Source: Proteromonas lacertae (lineage: Eukaryota). From it: a stretch of DNA of 64,000 bases. The position numbers were made by a program, and so were the translations under genes. The notes under the pieces are model-generated. The model was not told where the DNA came from, searched no databases, and saw only the letters and a program-made list of their open reading frames with translations. The stretch spans positions 1-64,000 of the forward strand of contig NGBS01000313.1 in the NCBI GenBank assembly GCA_002245135.1, read 5' to 3'. This document shows positions 28,731 to 43,651 of the stretch, piece by piece; within the stretch, counting starts at the first letter, position 1, and each line of letters starts with the position of its first letter.

Positions 28731-29386
28731 TTAAGATAAAATCAATAAATTATCAGTTACATTATAAGTTTCAACAATATTTTCACTCTTAAAATCTTCT
28801 ACAAAACGAATAAATCCTTTATATACATTGATAAGTTGAACTTCTTTCACAAAAATTATAATCTAAATAAATATACAATAATAATCATACACTAATAATT
28901 ACACACACTACTTCCCCTAAATTAAACGCAAGCGCATTAATATCTTCATTAATATCTTCAAACATCGTATTTTTGTTAATTGAATATTTGGAATATATCA
29001 TCAAATACGAATAATTAATCATTGATGAAATATAACAAAAGCATCTCACTGTTGTTAATCCACACGACTATAAATATGATAAAAATATTGAAATATACAA
29101 CAAAGTTGTACCACGACACAGAATGAGGATGTAATTTACTTATCAATAAATAATGGACGGTAACAGTGATTAATGAAAGGCTGCAAAAGACTTTCATCCA
29201 AATTGAAGGGTATAAGACAAATGTTGGTATAAATATTAATAAGCATATCGTCAGCTCAACTGAAAACAGCGTTCCTAACTGGTTTCTAAGTTTCTTCTCT
29301 TTTCTGTAGTATGTGTATTGATTTTCTGAATGGGAATCATCAGAATCTTCTCTTTTTGTTACTATTGTAACAAGTGTAGGCGCCAT
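28731..29386 (-). CDS. Small membrane protein of unknown function (multi-exon)
   Basis: ORF 29015-29386 has hydrophobic segments; downstream exons are open to a TAA at 28731-28733. Confidence 0.4.
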
Positions 29387-29557
29387 GGCAAAATTGACAA
29401 ATTTTCTATGGTTGGTTCTTGCAAAAACAGTGTTTCAAGTTTGTTAATCAAACTAGAATCAAACCTGCAAATCTCAAAACACCCTTTTCAAAATTTTGAA
29501 TTAAACAATCAAAAATATGTTACAAATCATTAAAAAAATAACAAGAGGTTTATTTAT

Positions 29558-32500
29558 TTATTCAAAAAATTTGGATGTATACTTAACTTGCTCTTCATTT
29601 CCTTCTCTCTTTATAATCTTACCAATAACACTAACTGTTTCACCTTCTTCTCTCAAAATCTTCATGATTTCATCAGCATTCTCTGGTTTGCATACAACAA
29701 TCATACCAATACCACAATTAAATGTTCTAATAAAATCACTCTCTTCAATATGAGCTAATGAATATAACCATTTAAAAACAGGTAAAATATTCCAACTCTT
29801 TGGATCTAACTCACAAACAGTCTCATTCGATAATACTCTTGGTATATTCTCAGTCAAACCTCCACCAGTAATATGAGCCAAAGCAATAACTTTACCAGTT
29901 TTAATAGCTTTATTCAATGATCTTACATATATCTTTGTAGGTGTTAATAATTGTTCACCAATTGTCTTTGTATTATCATATGGACATTTATCATGATAAT
30001 TCAATCCAGCTTTTTCAATTAAGAATCTAACCATTGAAAATCCATTAGAATGAACACCAGTGGAAGCTACACCAATAACTACATCTCCAATATTGGTTGG
30101 TTTGGGTAATATTTGTGATCTTTTCACTGCACCAACACTGAAACCAGCTAAATCATAATCACCATCTTTATACATTTGAGGCATTTCAGCTGTTTCTCCA
30201 CCGATTAAAGCACAATTTGCTTGCTTACAACCTTCAGCAATACCTGTAACTACTTCAGTTGCAACATTAACTTCTAATTTTCCAGTAGCAAAGTAGTCTT
30301 CAAAGAATAATGGTTCAGCACCTTGAACAATCAAATCATTTACAGACATTGCGACTAAATCAATACCAACTGTATTATGAATATTACAATCAATAGCAAT
30401 CTTTAATTTAGTACCAACACCATCATCTGTAGCGACTAATATTGTATCATCACCTTCATATCCTGCAGATTTAAGATCAAATAATCCTCCAAAACCACCT
30501 AAATTAACATCAGCTCCTGGTCTGGATGTGCTTTTACAAACACTCTTTATTCTATTGACTAGAGTATTACCAGCATCAATATTTACACCAGCTGCAGAGT
30601 ATGACACAGTATTATCAATATTATCATAATCACCATTCCAAAACTTATTAATTACTTCAATAAAAGCTTCACCTTCTAATTGTTGTACTTTTTGTTTCAA
30701 TGATTCTGGTGTTTCTGTAGGTGTAACTTCACATTTCTTTTGTAATAAATAAGCACCACCATCTACTTCAGCTGTTACCATATGTATTGTACAACCACTT
30801 TCTTTCTTTTGTGCTTTAATTACTTCTTCATGAACATTCAAATCCATACCTCCAGCAAAATCAGGTAATAAAGATGGATGAACATTAATACACTTATTTT
30901 CCCATTTACTACAGAATTCAGGTGATACTATTCTCATATATCCAATTAAACAAATCAATTGACAACCATATCTTTCTAATACTTCACTCACTTTAGCATC
31001 ATATACACTTCTTTCTGTACCTTTAGCACATGGAATATATTCATTATAATATCCATAATTCTTAGCTTTCATTAAGATGTTATTCTCTTTTGGTGATTTA
31101 TTAGAAACAACAACACCAACTGTTGCATGTAATTTACCACTTTTTATAGCGTCATGGATTGCTATCATATCAGTACCATTGGTAGATCCAATAACACCAA
31201 TTCTAATTGGCATATCTAATGCTTTCTTACCAATATCATGTCTATAGTGTAAATGATCAAATCGAATGTAATTCATATTCACATATGAATGACTAATTGC
31301 TTGTCTAAGTGTTTTACCTAATGCTGTTACTGCTAATACTCTTCCACCACTTGTTAATAAGAATTCACCGTTCTAATTTAGTACCAGCATGGAATACAAT
31401 ACTGTTATTATCAATATTATTAGCTCTTTCAACTCCAGTAATAGTTAAATTCTTTTTATAATTATTACTTGGATAACCACCTGAACATGCAATAACTGTA
31501 CAACAGTATTCATTTTTCCATTCAATATTCATTTTATCTAATTCTCCTTTACAACAAGCAACCATAATATCATATAAATCACTCTTTAATAAAGGTAAAA
31601 CAACCTCAGTTTCTGGATCTCCAAATCTGCAGTTATATTCTAACTACTTTAATATCTCCATTGGGTGTAACCATTAATCCACAATATAATACACCTTTGT
31701 AAGGATGACCATGTTCTTTCATCGCTTTTAAAGTAGGCTTGACGATGGTTTGAATCATTTTTTCTACCATAATTGGAGTGACTAATGGCGTTGGAGCATA
31801 AGCACCCATTCCACTATAATAATAATAATAATAATAATATATACCCTGTATTTGGACCTTCATCATTATCATTAACTCTCTTATGATCTTGACTGATTGG
31901 CATTGGAACTGCATGTTCTCCGTCACAGAATAATAATAATGAACATTCACTACCTTCTAATCTTTCTTCAATTATTACTTCATCTCCTGCTGAACCGAAT
32001 AAGTGATCCACCATAATTTGTCTTAATACTGATGATTTTTCACTTTCGTCTGGTAATACAACACCTTTTCCTGCTGCTAAGCCTGAGGCTTTTATTACAA
32101 CTGGATAAGTGGTTTTCTTTAAATATTCAGCTGCTTTTTCATATTCAGTAAATGATTCATATTTTGCTGTAGGAATGTTGTTATCCTTCATTATTTTTTT
32201 ACTAAATGCTTTCGATCCTTCTAACATAGCACAAGCTTTGCTTGGTCCAAAACTATTCACAAAATTATAAAATTTGATATAAATACCATAAAATTCCACT
32301 TTCAACAACTTTATCTGAAAATCCTGCACATAATGGAGCTTCTGGACCAACAACAACAAGACTACAATTCTATTTTATTACACATATTACATAATTAAGT
32401 AATACATTCTTCTTTGCAAAGTCTATGAGTTCATCATGTTTGCCTTCACTTAAATCTACATTTGATACTTTTGTTCCCATTGTAGCTGTTCCACCATTTC

Positions 32501-32600
32501 CTGGGGCTACATATACGTGATTCACTTTTGGTGATAAAGATAGACTCCATGCAATAGCATGTTCTCGGCCTCCTCCACCTACAACAAGAATATTTGACAT
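29558..32600 (-). CDS. GART: Trifunctional purine biosynthesis enzyme in the order GARS(PurD)-GART(PurN)-AIRS(PurM)
   Basis: GGGGREHA, KASGLAAGKGV, GPNTG^GMGAY, YRHDIG (GARS); NVHPSLLP, SGCTIH (GART); YSAAGVNI, DGVGTK, GGETAEMP, GVHSNGFS, TFNCGIG (AIRS); one indel near 31370. Confidence 0.92.
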
Positions 32601-32806
32601 TTTGGTAAAGTAGTAAAATGCAAAAGTAAAATACTTCTATTTTCGGTATATTAGGTTAGTTTATGTAATTCTAAATTATTGGAATAATAAAAGAGTATAT
32701 AACATAAATATCAACATATTTAAAACGAAAATAGCAAGAATATCTTATTTACTACGTATTAAATAAATTACATCCATAAATCTATGAAATTACATTAAAC
32801 AATGAA

Positions 32807-33476
32807 TTATACTTCTTTTTCAAATAAATATAATGGATAATACATTATATTCACTATATTTCCATTCGCTTCTGTCTTATCCAAAGATTCAAAAGCAGAT
32901 TTTGCACTATCCTCACTCACATATTGTATGAATATAAAACCATATCCTCCTTGTTCCTAATATATCAAATATAATTATATATATATATACTTTATTTCTC
33001 GGAATAACATATTTCTTTACTTTACCATAATTTTCACATTCTTCTTTTAGATCAATCATAAAGTCATTAAAATCAGTAATATTACTCAATATTTCTTTAG
33101 TTAATAAATTTTCAATACGAATTAAACATGTCACTGGTATTTTTATATTATCTGGGATTGATTCTGGTGTAAATTTATTTGAGTTTAATTCAGATATTTC
33201 TAACACATCATCTTCTTCATTTCTGTCTTCATTAAGGATGATAAAATTATTCATTTTTATAGCAAAATAGTTTGATTGATTTAGTTTATCATATTTTACT
33301 AGTACACATCCATTAAATTGATGTTTGGAATTGTATTTTAATAGTATTCCATTTAGTCTACCAAAACATAAAAAGAATTGAATTACTTCTTCATATTTCC
33401 ATTTATTTGGAATATTATCCACAACTAAAGTAGGAGGAGAAGGAGAAGGCACATTTTGTGGTGTAATTACTGGAAG

Positions 33477-33507
<31 letters not shown>

Positions 33508-33869
33508 GGTGGTGGTATTAGTTGAAAAAGAGGTTGATTTTGAACAAAAGATGGAAACGGCATAGTCATACTTTGAGGAGGATATAAATCAGTTTGGTTA
33601 ATATGCACTGGTTTATTTGCCATATTTTCATTGTCTTTTTCTTCTTCAAACCTAATCATTACTATAAATTAAATTATACTCCTTATATTCATTATGTTCC
33701 CACTTCTTATTTGTAATATTCTGCTTTCTGCTATTTGATGAACGATGATGATGATGAGAATGTCGATGACGACTATGATGTGAACTTCTGGATCTAGATC
33801 TACTTCTACTTTTCGAGTCCGATAAATCAGAATATCTATTTAATAAAATCATGAATGTTACTTGGTCAT
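32807..33869 (-). CDS. U2AF65-like splicing factor (RS region, RRM, UHM-type RRM)
   Basis: SRSRSRS N-terminus; DLKEECENYGKVKKYVIPR is typical of the U2AF65 C-terminal RRM. Confidence 0.7.
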
Positions 33870-34062
33870 AGCATGAATAAATGACTAACAGTTTTTAACG
33901 AAAATTTCAAAAAAGAAAGTTTTCATACACCCTATATTCATTATTATTTTTCAATCTACTTCAACAGCTTTACCAGTTTCTAGCACTAATTACTTTTTTT
34001 ATATCGATTAATTATATTATATAGTTTCGTAATATTCATAGTTTAAACCTAAGGAACACCAA

Positions 34063-35447
34063 ATGTCGTTAAACTGTTTATTTTTCGCAATCATCATTAT
34101 CGTCTCATGTGATTATATATATTTTATCCATCTGGTGCAGCAGAAGACTACATCTATACTCTTATGTACAGTTATTACAACATTTCTCTGTCCTTCTTCA
34201 GATACAGAAATGAAGCATTTAATTCAGATGGCATTTTTGACTAGATTAATTCAGATAAAAACCAACAATGTCAAGATTGTGCTATATTCACAATGCGAGT
34301 TGTATAAGAATTTTTCACAAGCTTATGATATATCAATGCTTCCATTTCCAAGAGTCAATGAATATGGCACACCATTTTTCTTAGGAATGATTCATGAAAT
34401 TACACAAGAGTGGCCATCACTCTTTTACCTATATATAAACGGTGATATTTTACTATCTCCAAACACATTCCTACTACTGTCTTATTTTTATAAAAGAATG
34501 CAAGATAGACATATTCGAAGAGAATTCTTAGGTGTTGGCCGAAGAAGAGATTTGCATTTTGCCACATATTCTACATCAACAGGTACACATGAGGATCTAT
34601 GGAAATCAGGAAAGGAACATGGTGTTACAGGAATTGATTTCTTCATCATCACTAAAGACACATATAATGTAACAGAGCAGCAGATATTGAATAATATAAT
34701 AATAGGAAGAAAGCAATATGATAATATATTAGTTGCATTAGCTGTAATTGATCCTAAGATATATGTAGTTGATTGTACTCATGTATTAAAACCAGTTCAT
34801 TTAGATGATTGTAGAATGTGCAAAAAACGATTTTTAAGAGTATATATATATAATTATTTATATAATTATTTAGACTCAAAAGGATTATGATTGGAATATG
34901 AAATATTTACAGGAAATTACGTATGATCGATTTATCAAATATGGTTTTACCGACAAAGTAATAGTCTCAGTAAAAGAAGTACCAGAAGGTAGTAGACAAT
35001 TTGAAATATCAACTTCACCTGTTTATCATAACATCTATTATTTAACTGAATATAATATATACAGAAAACATTGTGCTGATATTGATATAGTATATATGTT
35101 GAGACAAAAACTAGGAAGTTGTTTTATATTGACTGCAATTGAATGTCCAGAAATTGCTTCAGAATGTACGCAGTTTGATGGTGAGAATGTGCCTGATACA
35201 GAGAAATTATCGTCACTTTTGTTGTATAGTGATCCATATAGTCATATTCTAAGTGTATAGTTATTATAATTATTATGAATTATAGAGATTTTCATCAATA
35301 AGAGGAAATAATGTTCCAAATATTTATATATTTGGATTACATTTTATATTTACAGAAAAGCTTGAACCTACACATACTTTGGTTTATCGTAACTCTATAT
35401 TCCCAGGATTAGCTCATTTTAAGAAGAGAGAAATGATTGGTTTATAG
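34063..35447 (+). CDS. Putative glycosyltransferase-like secreted or type II membrane protein
   Basis: N-terminal hydrophobic segment; NEYGTPF, YINGDILL, GRRRD, GIDFF, IGRKQYDN motifs. Confidence 0.55.
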
Positions 35448-35989
35448 TTAGTATTATTTGTGTAAATATGAATAATAATAAACTCTTTAACCTTTCCTCC
35501 TTCACCTTCTACACTAATCCTTTTTCACTTTACAGATATAATTGGTTCAAGTGTTTATTTTTTTCTTTATTATTTAAAATATTATTATTATTGTTTTTAT
35601 AATACTGTGTGTTTTGATAATTAGTTCGAAACATTTTATAAAAATAGATTCGTTTCAGTTTTGTTTTTATTGTTTTTAATTATGCTGATGATGATTAATA
35701 GTAAAAAGTAGAGATAATAAACATATTACTTCAAAATAACAAAATTGGATTGTAATTAAAATACACAAAATCATCAATTTTAAATGTAGTATGAGATGTT
35801 ATTATAGCATAATATTAGTATTAGAGTGGTAAATAAAATTTACATACATTATTATTACATAGAAAATGAAATCTTGTAACGGATTAATTTTTAATGATAT
35901 TCAGCCAATTAAATTCAATTTATAAGGTTATACTAATATAGCCAGAATTTGCAAGGTACAATACATATTACACCATAAAATTATCAAAA

Positions 35990-37103
35990 ATGGATAGTAA
36001 TGATGACTTTAACATACAATACTGTGATAGTTTTTCACAGGAAGAGTGTTATTTACAAATGAACCAAAATATCTGCAAGCCGTTTAAAAATGAGGGTGAT
36101 ATTTTAGACAAGGGAGTGTGCGAAACAACCTGTTGTAATATAATAGGTTTTGGACAACCTGATGTTATTCTAAATACATCACCTTTTACTTCTCCAAGAG
36201 TTATTGATGACTTGGATGAACTAAATATACAACTAGGCATAGAGAATGGAGAAGAATATAATCAAACTGATGAGATTAATTTACCTTCCCCTATAACGTG
36301 CAATACGAAGTCATTTTACCAAGATGAAAAGGGATCTTTAATAATAACAGAACCTCCACCAAAGAGAAGAATGATTAATTATGTTTATGCAGATTCATAC
36401 TCAGAAATAGCATTAAGCTACAACGCACCAAGCTACAACGCTCCAATAGATAACGCTCCAAGAAACAATGCAGTTGATTTACACATCTACGCTGAGGATA
36501 GTTTATCAGGTGAAGAAGATGAATCAAATTATGTATATTACGAAATAAGCGAACCACCTCCATTACCTTCTCAAGAATTACAACAAGACAAATCACACAA
36601 GAGAAGTAATAAAAGTAAAAAGCAAATTAAAAATAAAACTACTAAAACTCCAATTAAAAGAACTAAAACTTGTAAAAGTATAAATAGTAAATATCCAATA
36701 GGAAAAGAGATTGTAACGAATATGATAGTTGATAGGAATATGCTTCAAAAATATGAAAAATATGTTAGAGAACATACTTTAAAATGTAGTAGTTGTAAAT
36801 AGTTTTTATGTATATGGTATATGTTTAGAATTGATGGTGAATTAATCTGTCAATATTGTGTGAAAGAAAAGAATATAGATAAAGCTAAATTGACTAATAA
36901 TGATATTGCAGAAGAAGAGAATTTCGATGGTATGGAATTGTTCAAAGTGTAATAGACTTGATCATGCTAGACCCATATATTATTTCATGAAGTATAGTAA
37001 CAGAACAAATGAATGGAGAATTGAGAAATCATGCAGATATTGTCTTATTTACAAATCATTTGAATATATTGAAAAGAAAAAACGTAAAAATGCTAAAAAT
37101 TAA
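35990..37103 (+). CDS. Unknown protein with C-terminal CxxC pairs (possible zinc-binding); frame disrupted near 36800 and 36930
   Basis: CSSC, CQYC, CSKC and CRYC motifs in adjacent frames. Confidence 0.4.
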
Positions 37104-37251
37104 ACTACGCTATTATACGAATATTTTATTTCGTGTTTGTGTGATAATATTCTTAGTAAAAATAAATAAATTCCAGAAATATTAAACAAAAAAACTATAA
37201 ATAAAATTTAGTAAGATATAAATAAAATATTACATCAACAATTTATATAAC

Positions 37252-38448
37252 TTATTCATCAGCAAAATCATCATTAAAATCATCTTTATTATCATCATTT
37301 GCTTCTTCAACTGGTTTTGATTCTTCAGCTGTCTTCTGATTGCTTCGGCTTCTTCTAGTAGCTGTTCTGGTTCTTCTGTAGGTTTTGATTCTTCCTCTGC
37401 AGTTAGTTCTGTTTCTTCAACCTTTGTTTCTTCTTCTGGTTTTGATTCCTCTTCAACTGGTTTACTTTCTTCTCCTTCTTCTTCTTCTTCTTCAGCTTTA
37501 GGTTCTGTAGGTGGTTCTAATTCTGTAGATGGTTGTTGTTGTTGTTCTTCTTCTTCTTCTTCTGTAGGCTGTTCTACAGTGGATGGATCTTCATTCACAT
37601 CTTCCACTATCACAGACTGTTGTGTTGATTCTTCTTGTTGTATATTATTATTATTTACTGTTGTAGATGATATTGTTGGATTTACTTCACTTTCTATTGG
37701 ATCTATCTCATCTTCATTATGTTCTACGATTCTTCTACCTCCTGTACTAGGTCGTGCAGAATTGGGGGCTTTTTTTCGGTGGTTCAGGTTTTAACGAATC
37801 TTCACCATTACAAGTTTCTTGTGTTGATTGTAAAGGTGGTAATTTTCTTGGGCTTCGTGCAGATCGTGGTGAATTTCTTCGTGGTGATCTTGGTAAACCA
37901 ACAGCTGGTCTTTTTGCACATAAACTGAATAAAAACTGCTTTCTTTCATATTCTTCTAGTAATTCTTTACGTGGATAGTATGATTCTGTTTTTTCTAATG
38001 CATCTAGTATTACTTCATTTTCTCTAGTTTATTTTATCGAATTCCTGCTTTCTTCTGCTGAGATTTAAACTAGAATAATCATTTTCAGATGTATTCCAAC
38101 AATCGATTGTTGGTACACCTGTTTTTGATATACTCACACCATTACCAAATGATTTATTATCTTTAGCATGTGATTCCATGATTTTCTTTAATTTATCATA
38201 TAATACTTCATTTTCTCTATCAATTTGACGATTACGCACTATTAACATAAAAACTATAATAGAATACTTCTAATTTCAAACTGCTTCTTTTGTTTATTCT
38301 GTACATGTGGATATACTGCTGGAGAAGACGTATCCATTACTCCTCTTGCATTTGATTTAGCCGTAGATTTCATAGTTTTACAATTTTTTTTCAACATCTC
38401 CCTTCTCCTCTTCCACATAAACTCTTCAACGAGGTGATTGCAATACAT
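37252..38448 (-). CDS. CFAP97/Hemingway-domain-like protein with acidic tail (several frameshifts)
   Basis: IDRENEVLYDKLKKI and SLNLSRRKQEFDKI..RENEVIL match the CFAP97 family pattern. Confidence 0.6.
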
Positions 38449-38727
38449 CTTTCAAAATCTAAAAATTAGATAGTATGGAATTATTATTATATATTAAAAA
38501 GGAAATATAGAAAGATTTTATACTCCTTTGTCGAGAAAAATAAGAATATTTATAAACTGTTTTATTTTCGCACCAGATTTGGGTTGTTTGATTAAGTTTT
38601 GGTTGATCAATAACGATTTTTCTTGTTTAGCTTAAAGAACCATCAAAATCTGCTAGTAGACTTATAGATAATTTATTTATATTATTTAATTTACACATCT
38701 AAAATATTAAATTAGTTCATAATAGTG

Positions 38728-40486
38728 ATGGGAAGTGCTCCTTCAAAAAACAAGAAAGAAGCAAAGAAACCTCCAACTCCAGCTATGCCAATTCAAAAAG
38801 AAGTGTTGAATGAAACAGAGAGTGGTATAAGACAAAACTTAGTTAAACATCACGAAAATGTAAATAATATATGGGATATTTATCAAAAAGGAAAAGTCTT
38901 GGGTGAAGGTATGACTGGTTGTGTTATTGAAGTTGTAAAAATAAGTACAGGTCAAAAGTATAAATAAATATTTTATAAATATAAATAGATTTGCAATGAA
39001 ACAAATTAAAAAAGTTCACATTGATGATAAAATGTTGGAAAGTCTTCGTCTAGAAATTAGTCTACTAAAAGAATTAGATCATCCAAACTGCATCAAATTA
39101 TACGAAACTTATGAAGATAAACGTATTATATATATGATCATGGATGAATGCACAGGAGGAGAGTTGTTCGACAGGCTTGCTGAACAAGCTGGACACCATT
39201 ATAATGAAGCAAAAGCCTCGCAATTAATCACTCAAATGCTGAGAGCAATTGGATATTGTCATAGTAAAGGAATATGTCATAGAGATTTAAAATTAGAAAA
39301 TTTTGTATTTGAAAATAACGAATCTGATGCTGAATTGAAACTAATCGATTTTGGACTAAGTTGTAAATATGGTGCAAAAATCGTAGGGAAAAAAGACAAT
39401 AAAAACAATAAAGAAAAAGAAGAAGATGGAAATGAAGATATTCAATTAAAAAGAATGAGTTCTATCGTCGGTACTCCATATTATATTGCTCCAGAGATAT
39501 TGAAAGGTGAAGGTTATGGTGTAGAATGTGATATGTGGTCAATGGGAGTCATAACATATATTTTACTCACTGGAAGACCTCCGTTTAATGATGTAACCGA
39601 TAAAGGTATAATGCAGAAAGTAGTGAAAGGTGTTTATAGTAAGAATTTGGCTGCTTATACTCAAATATCGAAGGAAGGGAAAGATTTTATTGATCAGTTA
39701 TTACAAATGGATGCGAAGAAGAGATTGACTGCTTCTGAAGCATTAAAACATAATTGGATAGAGAATGCTAAGAATTTAGAGCCAAATCTAGCAGAAGCTT
39801 TGAATGAAGATATTGTAGAGAGTTTAACACGTTTCGATGGTTATAGTAAACTAAAAAAAACTGCTTTAGAAGCATTAGCATTTACCTTATCAGTTGATGA
39901 GATTAAAGACTTAAGAAAAGCCTTTGAAGCAATTGATGCAGATGGAAATGGTATTATTACAACTGAAGAACTAACAAAGGCAATGGAAAAGAGTGGTATT
40001 AAAGATGAAAAGACTTTGAAATTGTTTAAAAGTATTGATACTAATAACAGTGGATTGATTTCTTACTCTGAATTTTTAGCTGCAACTATGAGAAAGAAGA
40101 TTATATCTGATGAAGAAAGATTGGTAGAAGCATTTGATAAATTAGATCGAGATGGTAATGGATACTTAGAAATTGATGACTTTATGCAGTTGATGGGTAA
40201 GGATTTTAACAGAGAAGAAGTGGAAGAGATGATTAAATCTGCTGATAAATCAAAAGACGGTAAAATAGATTTTGATGAATTTTTGCAGATGATGAGAGGT
40301 GCTTATTATAAATTAACACTTGATCCTAACAATCCACCTGAAATTCCGAAGATTGAGGATAATAGTGAGGCTACATCACCTAAATTACCTAAAGAGAATG
40401 AAGAAGCTAAGAAGGAAGAGGAAGGACAACAACAACAACAACAACAACCAAAAGAGAATGAAGATGCTGGTAAAACAGCTGAGTAG
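38728..40486 (+). CDS. Calcium-dependent protein kinase (CDPK)
   Basis: MG start (possible myristoylation), GEGMTG, HRDLKLEN, DFG, YYIAPE, followed by four EF hands; one intron near 38958-38989. Confidence 0.95.
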
Positions 40487-40594
40487 ATATGATGTCTTTT
40501 ATTTTTAGTACCATATGATTATTATATATTGATAGAATGTAATTGTTGTTTGTTTTTTATACAAGAGCTGAGTTTGATTCCTATTTGGCTTGAA

Positions 40595-41307
40595 ATGTCG
40601 AGTTATTTATTTTCATTAAAATTCATTATTTTGATGAATCAGTTTGTTAAATATGCAGCTGTTGTAAGTACATGGATTTATGAATTCATGAACATGTATT
40701 TTTGATATTTATTTTTGTATTTAGTCCAAATGCTGTTGATATGGCAAAAAGAATAACGGAAGTTTCACATCCATCAATTAACTTAACATCTTCACTGCTG
40801 TATAACGTTAGTGGATTGCTTTATGGATTAGTTACTCTACAAATTCCATTAATAACTACACATTTACCATTATTGGTTCTTACAATTATATATTGTCATT
40901 ATAAATCAGTTCAAATAAATAAAACAATATATATAGGTAGAACATCAAGGATAGTGTTGATTTGTTTTTTATGTACTTGCGTTCCGGTTTTTTTCTTAAG
41001 AAATAAAATAACACCAACAGTTTTTGGAACACTTTTCATATTCAGTTTTCTATCAGTGTTATACCTACCACTTATTCACACAGGTGAGATTATTCATTAC
41101 AAAACAACAGTTGACGTTTCTCTTTCTCAGTCAGTATCACTGCTGTTTTCATGTATATTTTGGTCAATATATGGTTATTCAAATTCAGATTTATTCATTT
41201 TGTTTTCATATAGTGTAGGTATATGTTTATTAGTTGTTCAATTAGTTCTTACAGTTATATATCCTTCTAGAAGAAGAGAGTCTATAACATTGTTGTTAGA
41301 ACACTAA
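40595..41307 (+). CDS. SWEET/MtN3-like sugar transporter
   Basis: Multi-TM protein with LYLPL..GEIIHYKTT and FWSIYG...D.FI motifs of the MtN3 repeat. Confidence 0.6.
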
Positions 41308-41458
41308 AATATATAAATAATAAATTAAGATGATATATATATATATTTATTCTTCATATTTGTTTATATTTGTTGATGTAATAATATATTAGTTTATAAT
41401 GCTTTGAATAATGTGATAAACAAATAATACGCTATAATACATTTTAATACATTTTAAT

Positions 41459-43626
41459 ATGTATTTATCACACTATATGTCAAACAGCTATTCTATTAAC
41501 TTACCAATCCCCAAAGAGGGATTAATGAATTACTTCAGCGATAAAGAATATAATGATGTGGTATTTGTAGTTGAAGAAGAAGAAATCAGTTGTATTTCAA
41601 TGTTTTTGAAAAAGAATAATGTACTATTAAAGAACATGATAGAAGACGATAAGAGAGAAGAAAAAATCAAGACAGAAAAGGTGAGTGTAGTAGGTTTTAG
41701 TAATTTACTGAAATACTATAGTTATGGTTCATTAGAAATAGATGAGAATAATTTCAATGATATTCTTGTAGCATGTATGTGTTATAATGAAATGACCCTA
41801 TTAGAAGAATGTAAAAAGTATATATTGAAGAATAGTAATATAAAGTTAATCCAAAGAATGTTTAACGAAATTCCAATGAATGAATATCAACCTTTACAAG
41901 AGATAAAATTTAAATTAAGTGATTATTTTAGAATATATGGATATGAAATATTTAAAGATGAAAATTTGTATAATAACAATATAGACTTACTGAAATATGC
42001 ATTAACAATGAATGATTTCGTGATAAAGAGTGAGAATTATTTATTCAATCAATTAAGAAAGATAGAAAAGAATAGTGGAGATAAGAAAAATGAAGTGATA
42101 AAATTATATACAGAAATAAAGAAAGATGAATTAGAAGAAAAAGAAGAGAAAGAATTAATGGAATTATTAAAAGAAAATGGAGATGAAGAAGAAAATGAAA
42201 TGAAGAGAATAAAACGAATATATATTCACCCTGAACCAACAAGTGATAAAGAATTCAATAAATGGTTTTATTTATACTGTTTGAAACATGAAACAAATAA
42301 CAAATGGTTATTAGATGAAAAATACTACCAATATCAACTGAGTTTATTAAATTTAAAATCATTCATTCCTAGATTATTAAACAATGATATTATCTTGACA
42401 TTAAGTAATACAGTAGATTTAATCTATGATTTTAAATTGGAATATGATACTGAATGTATAATTATTTTATGTAATAATATATGAATAGTGAAATTTAGTT
42501 ATCCTCAAATTTTGAAAAACCTTTCATCAAAATACAAGCTCGCTCAAAAGAAAATAAAAGAAATTGAAGAGAATAAAAAGAGTGAGAAAGTACACAAAAA
42601 ATCAGAAGAAGAAATGGCTATACCAGAAATTCCAATAGAAAAAGAAGAAGAAAAAGAAGAAGAAAAAGAAAAAGAGGAAGAATTAGATCTTTTGCATAAT
42701 CAAAATAACTCAATCATAAAAGCCATGTTATTGTTGTGTAATAACTGTATAATATTATCATTTTATTTTGTAATGTAGTTGATATTATTCCATTGATTAA
42801 ATATGAATGTGAAGATGAGAATATATTCACCAATTTCAAACAATTCTTTCCAAAATATCTTTCATTTTGTAAAGAATTATTCCATTATTACAAATCAAGG
42901 AATGTATATCAACAAAATGTTTCATCAAAAACATTTCCTCCTTCATATTTCAAATATCCTATAATTGAATATACAATTCCATTTTCATCATTACCATTTA
43001 TAATAAAAAGTGATTTTATAGGAGAAAAATGTGATTTTTCAATTAAATCCAATCAATATTTTGGATCTTCACATATATCTTGTGATAAATATTCAGGGGA
43101 TTTAACAATTAATGGAGATACTGAGGATACTTTTAAAGTAATCTGTAAAAATGATAGTGGATTAATAACAACAGAAATAAAAATAGAAGCTGTAGATGTA
43201 GGGGAAGGGTATAAATCAAACAATATTATAACATATACTCAACAAAATCATCGTGTGAATTTCAATAATTGTAATAATGAGTATTTTGTATTTGATAAGT
43301 GTTTTAGAAAAGGAATTTATGAAATAAAATGTAGTTGTAATAATGTGAATATAAAAGCATGTACAACAAGTCAAAATAGAGATGAAAGACCTTATAGTTC
43401 ATTTGGTGGAAGTGTAAATAAGAATAAATTATATGATATTTGCAACAATAGTAATGGAAATATATTAATACTCTTTGATTTACTAAATAAACAACTAGGA
43501 TGTAGAAATGATAATGAAAAAGATATAAGAATAATACATAATAATATAGAAACACCAATATATATGATGATTGGAAATACAAGTGGTAATTCTTCCTTTG
43601 AAATTAAAAGTATTAGTAAAAAATAA
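41459..43626 (+). CDS. BTB/BACK-like family protein (paralog 3)
   Basis: PIPKEGL, DVVFVV, LLKYYSYGSLEI, VIKSENYL, KRIYIHP, FKYP; introns near 42465 and 42750. Confidence 0.7.
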
Positions 43627-43651
43627 TTTCTATAAATAAATAACAATATTA

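Noticed and set aside
36800..36802. In-frame TAG suggesting stop-codon reassignment
   Set aside because: TAA, TAG and TGA all end genes normally here, and compensating indels explain this site
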